Shown here: piece by piece, positions 25,942 to 39,353 of the stretch
How the letters are laid out: every line of letters begins with the position of its first letter
How positions within the stretch are numbered: the first letter of the stretch is position 1
Assembly: GCA_964247055.1 (NCBI GenBank)
Contig: OZ176056.1
Coordinates: 1,984,001 to 2,048,000 of the forward strand
Direction of reading: 5' to 3'
From: Paragordius varius
Taxonomy: Eukaryota; Animalia; Nematomorpha
Length of the DNA stretch: 64,000 bases
Program-made: the position numbers and the translations under genes
Notes under the pieces: model-generated
What the model was told of the DNA's origin: nothing
Database searches by the model: none
The model's input: the letters and a program-made list of their open reading frames with translations, nothing else

Positions 25942-27023
25942 AAATTTGATTATAATAATTTAAAGCGAAAAAACACGCGTTTTTACGTGATTGTATGATA
26001 TTGAAGCTGTGCCAATTTATTATACGAGAACAAGGGTACTATTGTTCAGCTCAAAATTATTTTTGTAGGTCTTACTTATGATTTATTTATAAAGTATAAA
26101 ATACTATACTGTTGCAAAAGACTAGCTAAATAAAAATTAATTGATCGAGAGTTCTCCCAATGGTATCCAAATCTTAAAACACGTATTCTATGGCTTTGGT
26201 GCAGTGTGCGAAAATATATTTAAAACTGTATGATTTAAAAAAATATATTTAAAGCTATTTTTTTGGTGTATATTTTTAAAAAAATTAAAATATACCATAT
26301 ATTTCCATTTTAACACTTTATAACTTTTTGAGGGGGTGTTACAACCAAGTGCCCCTTAAAATATCATAAAAAATTTTTAACGTTAGGCTAAATTTAATGA
26401 TATTAAAATATAATAAAAATGCCTGTAAACTTTTTGATAATTTTGTTTTATATCGCAAATGCAACAGGCAAATAAATCCATCATTATGAAAAAGCTTTCG
26501 GATTATAGAAATTTATGATATTTATCTAATATCAGCTACTTGCTTCAATCAAGTTTTGGAGTTATCCGTTAGAATTAAAAATGTTAACTAATAATTATAA
26601 ATATTTTTATCTAAAAGACATATTGAAAAACAAATTTCAGCCAAACTGATTTTGAAACAGTAGGATGTTACTAAAAGCTCTGATTAGGAAACCCCCTCAA
26701 CATGCCATCTCAGATAATGTAATAAATTGTTGACTATTTAATTAGTTTTTGAGTGAGTCGTTGGTTGTATGAAATTAAAAGTTAAGCTAGAATTTATAAA
26801 ATATAATCTAATAAATTTAAAATTAATTTTTGTTTTATGGTTCTGACGTACAAATACTCCAAAATATTTTTATCTATTCCACGTGCATAAAATGAAAGAC
26901 ATGTTTATTTATTGAGGAAACATTTAAAGATTAGCGGTTTTTATATTGAAGAATGTTTGAAAAAATAAAAAAGATAAAAGGGGAGTTAAATGGCCAAACT
27001 AAAATTATGTTTATATTTTAAAT

Positions 27024-27247
27024 CAGGGGTGTCTAAAGCAAATATTTCGCGAGCCGCATTTAAAATATATATGGCCATTTATAAATAAAATATTAAATTT
27101 CAAACGTAAAAAATTTTTTCTAGTTTTTACAAATCGGGTAGATTTATATGTAGAAATATTGTTTTAAAATTAATTTTAATAATGTGAGCAAATGTTTCCA
27201 ATTATGATTTTCCGAATATTTCGCGAGCCGCCTGTTGGATAACCCTA
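27024..27247. mobile_element. hAT-type MITE
   Basis: TIR caggggtgtctaa / ttggataacccta; near-TSD ttttaaat / gcttaaat (8 bp). Confidence 0.6.
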
Positions 27248-27539
27248 GCTTAAATCAATTATTTTCATGCATGTTATGTGCCGTTTCGAAAAGAATTTAT
27301 AACCATCTATTTTTTTATAAGACCAATGCAGTTTCTGTTTTTAATTGTATTTTACAGGTTCTAATATTAACTAAAAGTTACTTCTAAACGATTAGTCTGC
27401 TTTATTTTTCCCTTCAATTTTCGAAATATAAACAATCAAATTTATTTATTGGATAAACAAATTAGTGAATTTACTACACTATTACATCTATAATATTTTT
27501 ATGGAAAATCTTTCAAAAATATTATATATGACAAATAAA

Positions 27540-30500
27540 TTATTCAGGTGCCGGCTTTAGATTTTTAATGGCTTCTTCCAAAACTTCTAAAATTATAAAT
27601 TAAATACAGTTATGATTAAATTTATAATTATAATGTTTAACACTGTAAGTTATAGTTTAAAATATATTTGTTATCTATATATACCTTTTGATATATCAGG
27701 ATCCTCTAATAATGCATCTAGAATTAACATAAAAAATAGTTTATTTGGCCAAAGTGAAATTTATATTAACTATCGAATGTAGTGAATAACAAATTAGTTA
27801 ATGAACTGAGTATATAATTAATTTTTTTTTCTTAGGAGATATATTGTATATAAAATTACTCAATTTATACATGGGTTATAAATTTTCTATTACTGATTAT
27901 ATTTAGTGATTATGACATTATGTATTACAGGATTATCAATTTGCTTAAATCAATCGAAATAATAAAATTAGTAAAAATATCTTTTTTAAAAAAATAAAAT
28001 TATATTTTAAATTTTATAAAATATTTTACTTTCAAATCCTGCATCTGGAAACATGGCGCCTAGATCAATGAGAGAAATAATTAAAGTTATGTCATATAAC
28101 CAGATATTTAAATATTTTATAATTAACAATATTTTAAAAGAAAAAATTATATAATATATTATAATTTTGTCAATTTTTATCTTAAATTTTTTTTACATTT
28201 TATTAAATAATAATATAATAAAATTAATTACTTTCATTTGCTTTGTCGATTAAATCTAATTAAGGTAATAAAATTATGAAAAAGTGATTTGCTTATATTT
28301 TTTAACATAAGGGTTGATTGTCGAATGAGAAATTTAATTTTTTTAGGTTATCCGAATGTTTAAAAATATTTTTATTAAAACTACCTATTTTTTGGTTATA
28401 ATATTAAATTTCATGGATGTTCATTCAAATTAAAACTATGTATATCCGTATCGTATTATAATTAACTTTAAAATATAATTAATAAACTATAAGTGGAGAT
28501 TTATTTTAAAGTAACACAATATTAAATTGACACTTTTTTGGAAATTTTGCGTTTGTTAATGTGATAAGATTAATGTCACCTTGAATAGTGTCCATCATAT
28601 CTATATATACTGTTTAAAGCCAAAAATATTTTTTTGTATTTAAATACATTAACAAAAAATATACTGCTAATGCGCTCTTTCAAAGCTAAATTTGATATAC
28701 ATAATTTATTTAATGTGTTTTTTCAATTTTTAGAGTTATAAAGCATACATTTTATGGATACTTTCATGCCGTCTATAAAATAATTTATATAAATATTAAA
28801 CAAAACACAAAAACGTAATCCTAAAAATCTTTCTCAAATATAAAAGAGTACTTGAAAAATACAAGACTGTCATTTTTTTAAAAATATTCAACAATATTAA
28901 TCCTATATGTGCGGTTGTAAAATCAGCGTGTCTCTGAAACCTAAATGGCTTAAATAAATATATTTTAAAAACCGGCAGTTTTAATAATTATTCGAATTTA
29001 TTGTTATTACTAATTTAGGTGATTTTAAACAAATGTCGTCAATTAATACACAATAATTTTTTTAAACATTATATAAATTTCATAACTTATCACAAAATTT
29101 ATCACAATGTGGGCTCTTATAGTAATCTTTACATACAATTTTTTTTTCATTAAACCAATTTTATTTTAATTGTTTAAAAAAAATACCAATTTTGGCCCGA
29201 TCTATATAAAATTTAATGATTTAATTAAAATTTTATAAATTATATTGCCATTAAAATTACTTATATTTTCTGGACCTAATCAAGAAGTAAAATATTTTAA
29301 AATATAATTTTTATAATGAAAACTATATAATAAAAATATATTACTGATATTTCGCGTTTCCTCCAAAAATTTTTTTGATTCTAATTATATATATGGATAA
29401 TTTTAATTAAAGATCTTTAAAAAATAAAAATAATTGCTACAAAATAAAACATAAAAATGTTAAGATTAGATCCTAAATTGTATTGAAGAGTATATTGAAA
29501 TACAAAGCTATTTTGATTTAAAAATGAAAGGTAAGTAAAAAATAAATATATATGTCAATAAATTAAAAATTTGATGGTATTTAAAACTTTATTAGAGTCT
29601 TCAGGAGTTCTTGGGAAAAATACATAAACATCATTTAATCAAAAAAACTTTTATAAGTTATTACGTATTAAATCACATGATTCTATAAAACATTTTTTAC
29701 CAAACGCAACATTTTCTATCCAAACGAAATAAAAAAAGTTTCTTTTAGTTGAAAAAATGTTGCGATGAATGAATGTTGCATTTGATTGAAAATGGTATAA
29801 TTATAATTAAACGGGCTTTTTGAAAATTCAAATTAAATTTTAAAAAAATCAAAATATATCAACTGCCATAAAGTAATTTTAAAAACCTTATTGGAATCTT
29901 TATAAATTATTATAAGTCATACAATTAGATATAAAACATGAGATTTAAGCTTTTTCGATTTTTAAAATTTTGATATTTTTTGTTATTACAAATATGGTAA
30001 AATTTTTAAACCTTCTACATTTTAGATAAAAGAGTTGAAACACAATCTATTTTTCTTGATTCACTATTATTCTTTTAGGGTATTGGCCGCTAAAAAGAAT
30101 TTAAGGGAATTTGAAGAACAATCGCAGTGGTTTTTCTTAAAAATTTTGACGAGCCGTAGAGCTTTTAGGGCTGCGGTTTAAATTAAATTATTAGCTTTAT
30201 ACAAAAACCCAAGTCTCTTAAAAGCGTACAACCAGTATAAATTCACAAACGCCAATTAAAAAGAGTGGAAAATTATGAAGACTAGTGACCTGATTTTTAA
30301 AATTAGCCAGCAATATAATGTCCACCAAGGCAACTCAAGTTTTTAGTAAGACTATGTTTTTAAACAAACTTCTTGAATATTTTTTATTTTTACAAATATT
30401 TTGGATCATTATAATTCATTAAAGCTAATGAATAAATTATACATTAACTTTCATCATTCTTCCAATAAATTTTAATTTATAACAGCTGAATTTTGGTTTA

Positions 30501-33500
30501 TATTTTATAAAACGTATTTTTTGAAAAGTCAGTAACCATCTAAGAGAACGGTTCCAATGTTAAAAACCGGTATTAAAAGTTATACTGTAAGCCAGGTCTT
30601 CCAAATTTTAAGAGATATGCTGTTTATTTTAAATTTTTACAACCCGATTGTGATTATAAACGAGCATAAACCATTGAAATTTTGGTTCCACTTTTTTTTG
30701 ACTTGGTTTTCCGGGCGTTAGTTTTCATGTTTTGTCCTTATAATTTTAATTTTTATCAATATAGATTCTAAGTAAGACATATACCTTCCATAAGATTGGA
30801 TCCTTCTGCAGAGGTAAAATAAATATATTCAATACATCAGTAAATTACTAAGTACCTGTATTCAAATTTTCGACATCTGAAATATATGGTTTATATCATT
30901 AAAATCATAACGATATATGTGCAAAAATGATTTTCAAAAATTGCTCAATTATCTTTAAAAGATGTGTTTTATAAAAATATTTAATATATAAGAAATTTAG
31001 AATTGAAAAACATACGCTCCAATATTTGTCGGCCTATAAAATTAAAATGAAATAAAATTCTTTTTTTTTGAAAAAAATTAAATAATATAATTTTTTCGAA
31101 TTGTACCTTGAACGATTCTGTCATGACTAGTTTTAAATCTTTTGCCTTATGTAAAATATTATAAAAAGTATACTTGGTCGAAGTTCTAATTGATATAGAA
31201 ACGAATTATAAATTGTTAATTTAACCCTAATCGTATTTAGGTCAAATTTATCCAATCTATAATAAATTTTGATAGCGGTATTTTATGTGTTTATTTAAAG
31301 TAATAAAAAGTTTTTTGGTTACCCTTTTTTCAGAAAAAATATTTTTTTTTAACTTAATGCTAAATTAAATGAAATTTACAATCACAAATGACTTTATAAA
31401 ATTAATTAATTCACTTATGTTCTTTAAGTGCTGATTACCCAATTTTATTTTTTGAAATTAATAAATTAAAGATTTAATATGTTATAAAAAATGAAGTCTA
31501 GATTACTTATAAATATGAAATAATCCCTCTATTTAAACAATTTTTTTATTATTTCAAAAAATATCGGCTTTTGAAATATAAATATTTCTTTTTTGCATTA
31601 AAATGTAAGTTATACCGCTTATATCATCCTCACCTACATCATAGTCTAAATTTAGGGAAATATATATATATATGTATACTCCATCAGAACTGGAATCAAC
31701 AAAAAATATGTGGAGTCTTAAGAACTAACTTAATTTCGGCCTTAAAATTTGAATATTGTCAACTGACCTTAAGTTTATGCATTAATCTTTACAAGGATAA
31801 TATAAATTAGCCAAATTTATAAAATAATATAATATTTCGTGATTATTCTTAAACTTTTATGTAAATTATGGTTTTTTATTGTCATACATCTTTTTAAAGA
31901 TGTCTATTTTGATTGCATATTAATTAAAAGGTTAAAAAAATTTTCATCAGTTTTTTTGGAGACCTATTTTTATAATTTGGTTTCATGTTGTGTGATATGG
32001 AATCATACATTTCATAATTGATATAATATTTAGCCGACCTAGGGTTAAACTGCTTATATGTTAAAAAACTTTGGTAGCAAAAAAATATATGTGCTAAAAA
32101 AGTTTGGTTTTTAAAATTATTTAAAAAAATTACAAAACATTAATAAAGGTAATATTAATTAAATTAATACTGCAATTTTATCTAAAAATTGTACATCCAC
32201 CATATCATATCATATTTTTAAAAATTTATGAAAGGCACGGCTAAGGTCATATAAACTAATAATTTTTTTTATAAAAATCTACTTCTTTGAAGACCGGATG
32301 GTCCAGGTTGGGGTTCTGTGGCCTCTGTTTAAAATATAATTGGAAAAAATAATATGTATATCATAAAAATATTTAGCTAGTATTTTAATTAAAACCTGAT
32401 GTGCTTTGTGGGGTAATTTTAGATATGGTATTATCAGAACCTGTAGAAAATATATTTTTTAAATAAAAGTATATAAATCACAGCTAATTTTTCAACAACA
32501 ATAGTATTTTCTAATTTTCTTATTTATATTACCATAAAATAATGTATAAATAGATAGAGCCGAATTAAAAAAAACCTTCAGTTGATGCTGGATTTACACT
32601 GGGCCCTGATAAAAATTAAATATTTGCTTTTAGTTATAAAGTATGTTTTTTTAATTTTTGAACATAAACCGCCAAAGATACTTAGGTTAGGGTATAATAC
32701 AGTCAAAAAAGTAAAAATTGTTTCTAAAAATAACAGTATTTGAACAAATTTTAAAATTTGTTAATTACTTTGTCACCAAAAATTAACACTAACTTGTCAT
32801 TACCTGGTTCTAACTGAGCCAATTCGCCTCCATCATCTAGATTTTTAGATTTATAAATTTTTTTTTAATCAATTTATAAAAATTCCCATAATTTGTTTGG
32901 AATAGTTTAGCGAAGCAAATATTTCAATTAAATAATTTTATACAATTTCCAATGTGTTTACCTGTTGTAATATTGAAAAAACCCGAAATTACAAAACAAA
33001 AAGTTATTTTTATATAAAAATATTTAATTATTTTTTATAAAAATATTTGTGTAACATAAATTGTCATCATCAATATTGGAATTAAAATTGCTTTTTTTGG
33101 TAGATTATAATTATTTAGATAAATCACTAATACTTATCCCATAATTTATCAATTAAACTTTTTATTTTTTTAAAAAAATATAATTACCAATATTCGCAAT
33201 TGTTTCAACCAATTTAGCAGCTTCACTGATTTCAACTATTTTATAATAAAATAAAATTTAGAAAAAAACCAAATAAAACAAAATATTTGATAATATATGG
33301 TTAATTTTTATCATAACATATAATTTTTAGGGTCATTGAATTATATACCTCCATCTACAACATTTTTATTTGTAAAAATATATTTGAGTTTTACCTGTGA
33401 GTACAGTAGCTAATGTTTAAAAATATGTATTTTATAATATATTTTTATATAATTTATAATATTAAAAACTATCTTTGAAGTGACCGTTTTTTTAACAAAG

Positions 33501-35702
33501 CAATTAGTAAAAAATTATTTAATTAAAATAACAATACAAAGTTGCAAATTTATACAAAAATTAAATCACAAGGCTATAGCTTATGTTTTTATGGTTATAT
33601 TAGGTGAATTACTTATCCAAACTCTATTCGTAATTAAAGAAAATTTATGATAATATATGTTATATTATTGCAATTTTTAAAGAAGTCTTTTGTCTTTGTA
33701 AATAAAGAAAAATGACAATATGCAAAAATTAATTTTTAGAAAAATCAGAGTCCTTATACATTCAAGACCCGCCTTAATTGGCCCTCCCAGCAAACTATAG
33801 CAACGCGCAAATAAATAAGCTCATGTTTCGATGTATATAGAGTCTTGCTTCAAATAATAGTTTTGACTTGTTAGGTCTTTGGGGACCTCATAAAGAGCAA
33901 AAAGCAATAAAATCAATTAAAATGTAATCATTTTTAGGCTTTTAAAAATAAAATATGGAAATTTATTTAAAAACGTGTCATAGAATAAATAAAATTTGCG
34001 AACGGTTTCGTAGACTATAACGTACGTCCGTCCTCAGCGTTAAAAAATGGCCAAAATATATTGTTGATATTTTGCTGATATTTTGCAAATAAATCTGAAA
34101 TTTTCTTTTTCCGTATCAAATTTCTCGGTATGGTAATGTTTCGGTTTAGTGTTAAATGTACAGTAAAAATTGAAATTATACGGACAAATTCTTATAATAT
34201 AAAGACAGATATTTTCTTTCTAAAAGATAACCATACTTTTTAAATTTTAATTTATTTAAATACAGTAAAATTGAAATTATACGGACAAAATCTAAAAATA
34301 TAAAGACAATAGACAGTCACACTTTATAAAACTGAGATTTCAAAATTTTAATTGTTAAAAAATTGTAAAATAGGATATATAAATATATTGATAACACAAT
34401 CAATTACATATTTTATATTTTGTATGTAAATAATTTATATGGAAAAATTTAGATTTAAAAAAGTATGGTTGTCTTTTAGTAAAAATATTTGTCTTTAAAT
34501 TTTTACATTTTGTCCGTATAATTTCACTTTTTACTGTATAATTCCTTGTTTTAAACTGTAAAGTATGAAATAGAGATATATATTGAGAACATGATTAATT
34601 ATGTATTTTATTGCGATATTTATAGGATAAATTTATGGGTTAAAAAATATGGTCATCTTTTAAAATAAAAATATTGTCAATTTTACTGTATTGTATATTT
34701 ATAAGTTTAAATGACGCAACCTTAAATGCGATTCAAAAAAAATAAGTAATGACTGGACTAAAACAATATTTACATATTTTTACTTTATAAAATAAAAGAT
34801 TCTAGGCAATAATTTTGAATTAAAAGAGTATGAGTTAAAAAGGTCAAATCAGTTAACCACTTTGTAACAAAACTTGTTCTTTATGCAAGACTATGCTTTG
34901 TGATACTATAAGGACAAAACGTACAAAAAAGGATTTCTTACAAAGCCAAACATTGATTTGCCCTAATTTTCCCCATTTTAATTTTATGTTTTTATTTAGT
35001 TTTTTAAGAATTTAAATCTCGATTTATCATTTTGGAAACCACAAAAGGCTGAGTTAATTTTATAAAAAGTCAACATTTTAAGAAAAAGTTGTCTTTTCTA
35101 GAAAGCCCTACTTTGAGTTTTTTCGTTTTGTTTTGTATGATTAAGTTAATTTATTTATTTTATCATGATTAAATTTTAAATTCACAAATTCCATTTTACG
35201 TCGAATAAACCCGAACTTTTATCCGGTAATATTAAAATATTTGCAATATAAATTAAATCGTTTACCTGCCACTTAAAATATTAAATAATATAACTTAATA
35301 AAAAATATTTTTAGTGTGATATTATTAAATTGGTAAATTTTAATCATAAGAATTACACGTTCATTTTAACCATTATTAATAACTAGTTTGAAATATTGAT
35401 GTAATAAAATTTTTGTCCAAGATATAACATAAAAACAAATTTAAAGTAATTTTAAAAAAATTAAATTAATTTTACAATAAAATAACTCACCAAAAAAATG
35501 TAAATAATTTATCAAATATTGGATAAAATATAATTTATTTTAATTATTTCTATATTTTTTTTATTAATTCCAACGGTTAAAATTATTAATTTTTTTTTAT
35601 ATAAAGCAATTATGAAGAAATACCTTGTGGACCTAGAGCACCTAGAAGTTTATAATGCAAATATATTTATAAGACATTTACCAATTCCGATCGCTGCAAC
35701 AA
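27540..35702 (-). CDS. Micro-exon gene, unknown product (~240 aa recovered; start codon not located)
   Basis: 26 AG/GT-bounded exons, all of length 3n and all open in phase 1, plus terminal exon 27586-27540 (EVLEEAIKNLKPAPE*). Coordinates are in the first finding. Confidence 0.72.
34159..34538. mobile_element. TA-CAGT MITE family copy with a duplicated left end
   Basis: tacagtaaaaattgaaattatacggacaaa at 34,159, again with a 1-nt deletion at 34,261; the inverse tttgtccgtataatttcactttttactgta ends at 34,538. Confidence 0.65.
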
Positions 35703-36531
35703 CTAATTTAAATCAATGATAAAATAAAATTAGAATAAATTTTTAGGACAAAACTCTTCGAATTCACACAAAATTTTTAAATAACTGGCGTAATTATTCT
35801 TTTATAAGCTTAAATAATGATGTTATCCTTAAAATCATGTTTTATCCAGGGGGTTATCTTGCACCGCAATCCTTTAAAACATTTTTGTAAATTATTATCA
35901 ATTAAATATGAAATATAATAAATGGTGCCCATAAAATCTTTAAATGTTGATATTTATTTTATTAAAATTTTCTGGATAAATTGTGCCAAATGGTGAATAA
36001 TTAGTATATATATATATGAACGCGATTACAGTCGTGTATCCTTTATTTTATCAAAAATTTATTTTTTTTCGTTAAATGGTTATAAATATTTGGTAAAGAA
36101 TGGAAAAACAAGAGCTCTATGGTAATTCTTATACTTTTTTGATGAATATATATTGTTAATACCATAGAGCTCTTGTTTTTTCCATTCTTCTTTTTTATGA
36201 TCGGCTGCAGGCGCGGAGAAGAACTTGGTATGTTCACTCCTGAGATGCGCGTACCTTTTGATTTTATAGGAAATCTTGTTCACATTCGGTGATAAACGGA
36301 ATTTATCTCATTATCTTCATCAATTTATTGTCACTTTTATTATCCGGAAGAAATTCTATCACTCAGCATTATAATCTCACATGAATTATTTCTACAGAAC
36401 ATACAACTCCAAAATTTTCATCGACAATTTCATTCCCTAAAAACCATTCTTACACATCAGTGGACATATCATACTGATTCTTTCTATTTATTACTATATC
36501 TCAATACACCACCACTAAACTAAATTCCTAC

Positions 36532-37350
36532 ATGGAAAGCCATAATTCTAAAAAAAGCTCCCGTAATTTAGAAATAAATATGGCCATCTGGAAAACACGT
36601 GGCACTTCAGATAACAAATTGGATATAATAATTCGCGAAATGAAACGTTTAAACATCCATGTGTTAGAGCTGTCGGAGACTCATATGCAACATAACTCAC
36701 ACAAAATATACGACAATTACTCGTTTTATAACTCTGGCGGGGAACTCAAACGAAATGGATGCGGTTTCTTAATATCGAATAATCTTGCCAAACATACTGA
36801 TATATATAGACCTATCTCCGATCGTATTATATCCCTACGAATCAACACCAGACCCCAGGCTAAAACAATATATCAAATCTATGCCCCCACGAGTGTTTCA
36901 CCCGAAGACGAATGTGAAAAGTTCTATAATGAGTTACAAATGGCTCTTTGTGAAACATCCAAGAAAGACATAACTTTCATCATCGGCGATTTTAACGCTA
37001 TCATAGCTAACGATAAAACAGACAAGGTCACTGGTAGAAAAGGCCTTGGTAAAGTGAAAAACCCCCGTGGTGAAAGGCTAATTGATTGCCAACAAAACAA
37101 TCTCTTTATAGCGAACTCGTTTTTCAAACAACCTAACAGACGGCTCTACACCTGGACCTCACCGTGTCGTAAACACAGGAATCAAATAGATTACATATTG
37201 GGAATGCAAAAATACAAAAGCTCATTTCAAAACATCCGGTGCTACTCAAGTGCAGACTGCAACTCAGATCATAACCTATTTATGGCCAAGATCAAAATAA
37301 AGCTACAACTTCCCCAGCCGCAAAAAAAAACTTTTCCAAAACTAAATTGA
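36532..37350 (+). pseudogene. APE-like endonuclease domain of the LINE
   Basis: LSETH, QIYAPT, IIGDFNA, NQIDYIL and SDHNL motifs; frameshift at ~37,350. Confidence 0.9.
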
Positions 37351-38057
37351 ACTACAAACTTATACCTGCCGATTTTACTCCAATCCTTAACAATAAATTT
37401 GAATCCCTAAAATACGAAACATTGAACACAGATGATCTTTGGTCTACTATTCAGAAAATTACCATCGAAACAGCTAAAGAATATATACCGCCTGCCACAA
37501 CAAAAAACAAAAAAACCATATCACAACAAAGCATCGACCTAATTGAACAGAGAAGAGTAGCAAAATCCAAGGGCACTCCCCTTGAGTACAAAAATATTAA
37601 TAATGAACTACAAAAAAGCATAAGATTTGACAAAGAATCTCATTATAATACAATCTGCGCTAACCTAGAGCAAGCTGCTAAATATCACAACTATTTCTCT
37701 TATATTAAAGACATTCAACCGCGCAAAAAACAAATATACAAAGGTCCTATGTCTCATTCAAACGGAAAACTTCTAACCGATAAAAAAGGAATAATTAAAC
37801 TCTGGGAAGAATACATCCAAAATTTATTCTCAAAACAATTAAATATAATTGCCATGAACTCTGAACAAACTTATGACCCTCCTATACTAAAAGAAAAAAT
37901 TGAATGGGCCCTGAAGCATTCATCAACCGGCAAAGCATAAGGATTCAATGATATCTCTACCGAGTTACAAAGGCACATTCCCATAAAATTAATTCTTTCG
38001 TCATTTCAAAAAATCTTCAATGAGGCAACATTCCCGACGGACTGGAACAAATCACTA

Positions 38058-39353
38058 GTGGTCCCTATATTCAAAAAGGGCGATCCTAAACTATGTGAAA
38101 ACTACCGTACAATAGCATTGATCAATCAAACCTCAAAAGTTTTCTTAAAAATAATACAAAACCGTCTACAAACATATGTCAAACCGGAAATATCAATGAC
38201 ACAGGCAGGCTTTAGAGAAAAAAGAGGATGCCGAGACATGATCTCAAACCGTAGATGGATAATGGAAAAAAACTGTGAATTCCAAAATGAGCTACACTTA
38301 TATTTCGTGGATTTTTCTAAAGCCTTTGATACCGTTCAACATGACATTCTCTGGAAGGCCCTTAAACAAATAGGAGTTTCCGATCACTTAATCAAACTAA
38401 TTAAATCCATATACTCCAACTCCTACCTATCACTTAACACCCCGCATGGCCCGACCTCTTGGAGTCCAATGAACATAGGTCTGCGTCAAGGCTGCATTTT
38501 ATCCCTCATGTTGTTCAACATATGGAATGTATCTGAGGGATCTAAATCTGCCAGGAATAAAAGTGGGGGTCATAATCTGACGACTCTCCACTACGCAGAC
38601 GACACGGTTATCTTAGCAAATTCACAAACAAACCTCGAAAACAGTCTCCGAACTTTTATAAATGTGTGCAAAAAATACAATCTTACATTGAACCTCAACA
38701 AAACTAAAATTTTACATATCAACTCCCCTCATTCCTATGACTCGCTTCGGATTAATGGCGAAACAATTCAAGTAGTCAACGAATACACATACCTTGGAAG
38801 CATTCTCAACAACTTAAGCTCCAGTTCCCAAGAAATAAGAAGACGCATAGCTATCGCCAAATGCGCTCTATCCTCACACTACAAGTTATGGAAATCTCAT
38901 GACATAACCCTTAAAACAAAAATTCGACTAGTAAATGCATTAATCTTTCCTATCATGTTATACGGATGTGAAAGCTGGACTATCAAAAGTGAAGACGAAA
39001 AAAGAATAAACGCGTTTGAAATGTTTTGCTGGAGAAAAATACTTGGTATAACATGGAAGGACAAAATAAAGAATATCGACATTGTAAATACAATTAACGA
39101 ACAAACAACGCTTCAGGGTAAAATAATAAAACAAAAATTCGGTTACTTTGGACACATTATTCGGGGCAATTCTTTGGAAAAGGATATTATGTTAGGAAAA
39201 GTAAATGGTAAGAGAGGAAGAGGACGCAGACGTATTCGCTGGGTAGACGAAATATTATCACTTTCCAAATTGTCATTGCAAAAACTATCTCAAAAAGCTC
39301 ACGACAGAACCGAATGGAGGAATTTTTCCTACAAAATCGCTAATGGTCGATAA
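38058..39353 (+). pseudogene. Reverse transcriptase domain of the LINE
   Basis: FVDFSKAFDTV, GLRQGCILS, LHYADDTVI, YLGS, YGCESWT and RGRGRRRIRW. Separated from the upstream part by an in-frame TAA at 37,938-37,940 and a frameshift. Confidence 0.92.

Noticed and set aside
30070-30170. Minus-strand ALKALRLVKIFK resembling a voltage-sensor S4 helix
   Set aside because: It is bounded by stops with no splice acceptor, and no other channel segments are present.
31646-31790. Additional exons around 31,680-31,770 (e.g. FVDSSSDG)
   Set aside because: The available donors end in phases incompatible with the next exon, so I could not build a stop-free path.
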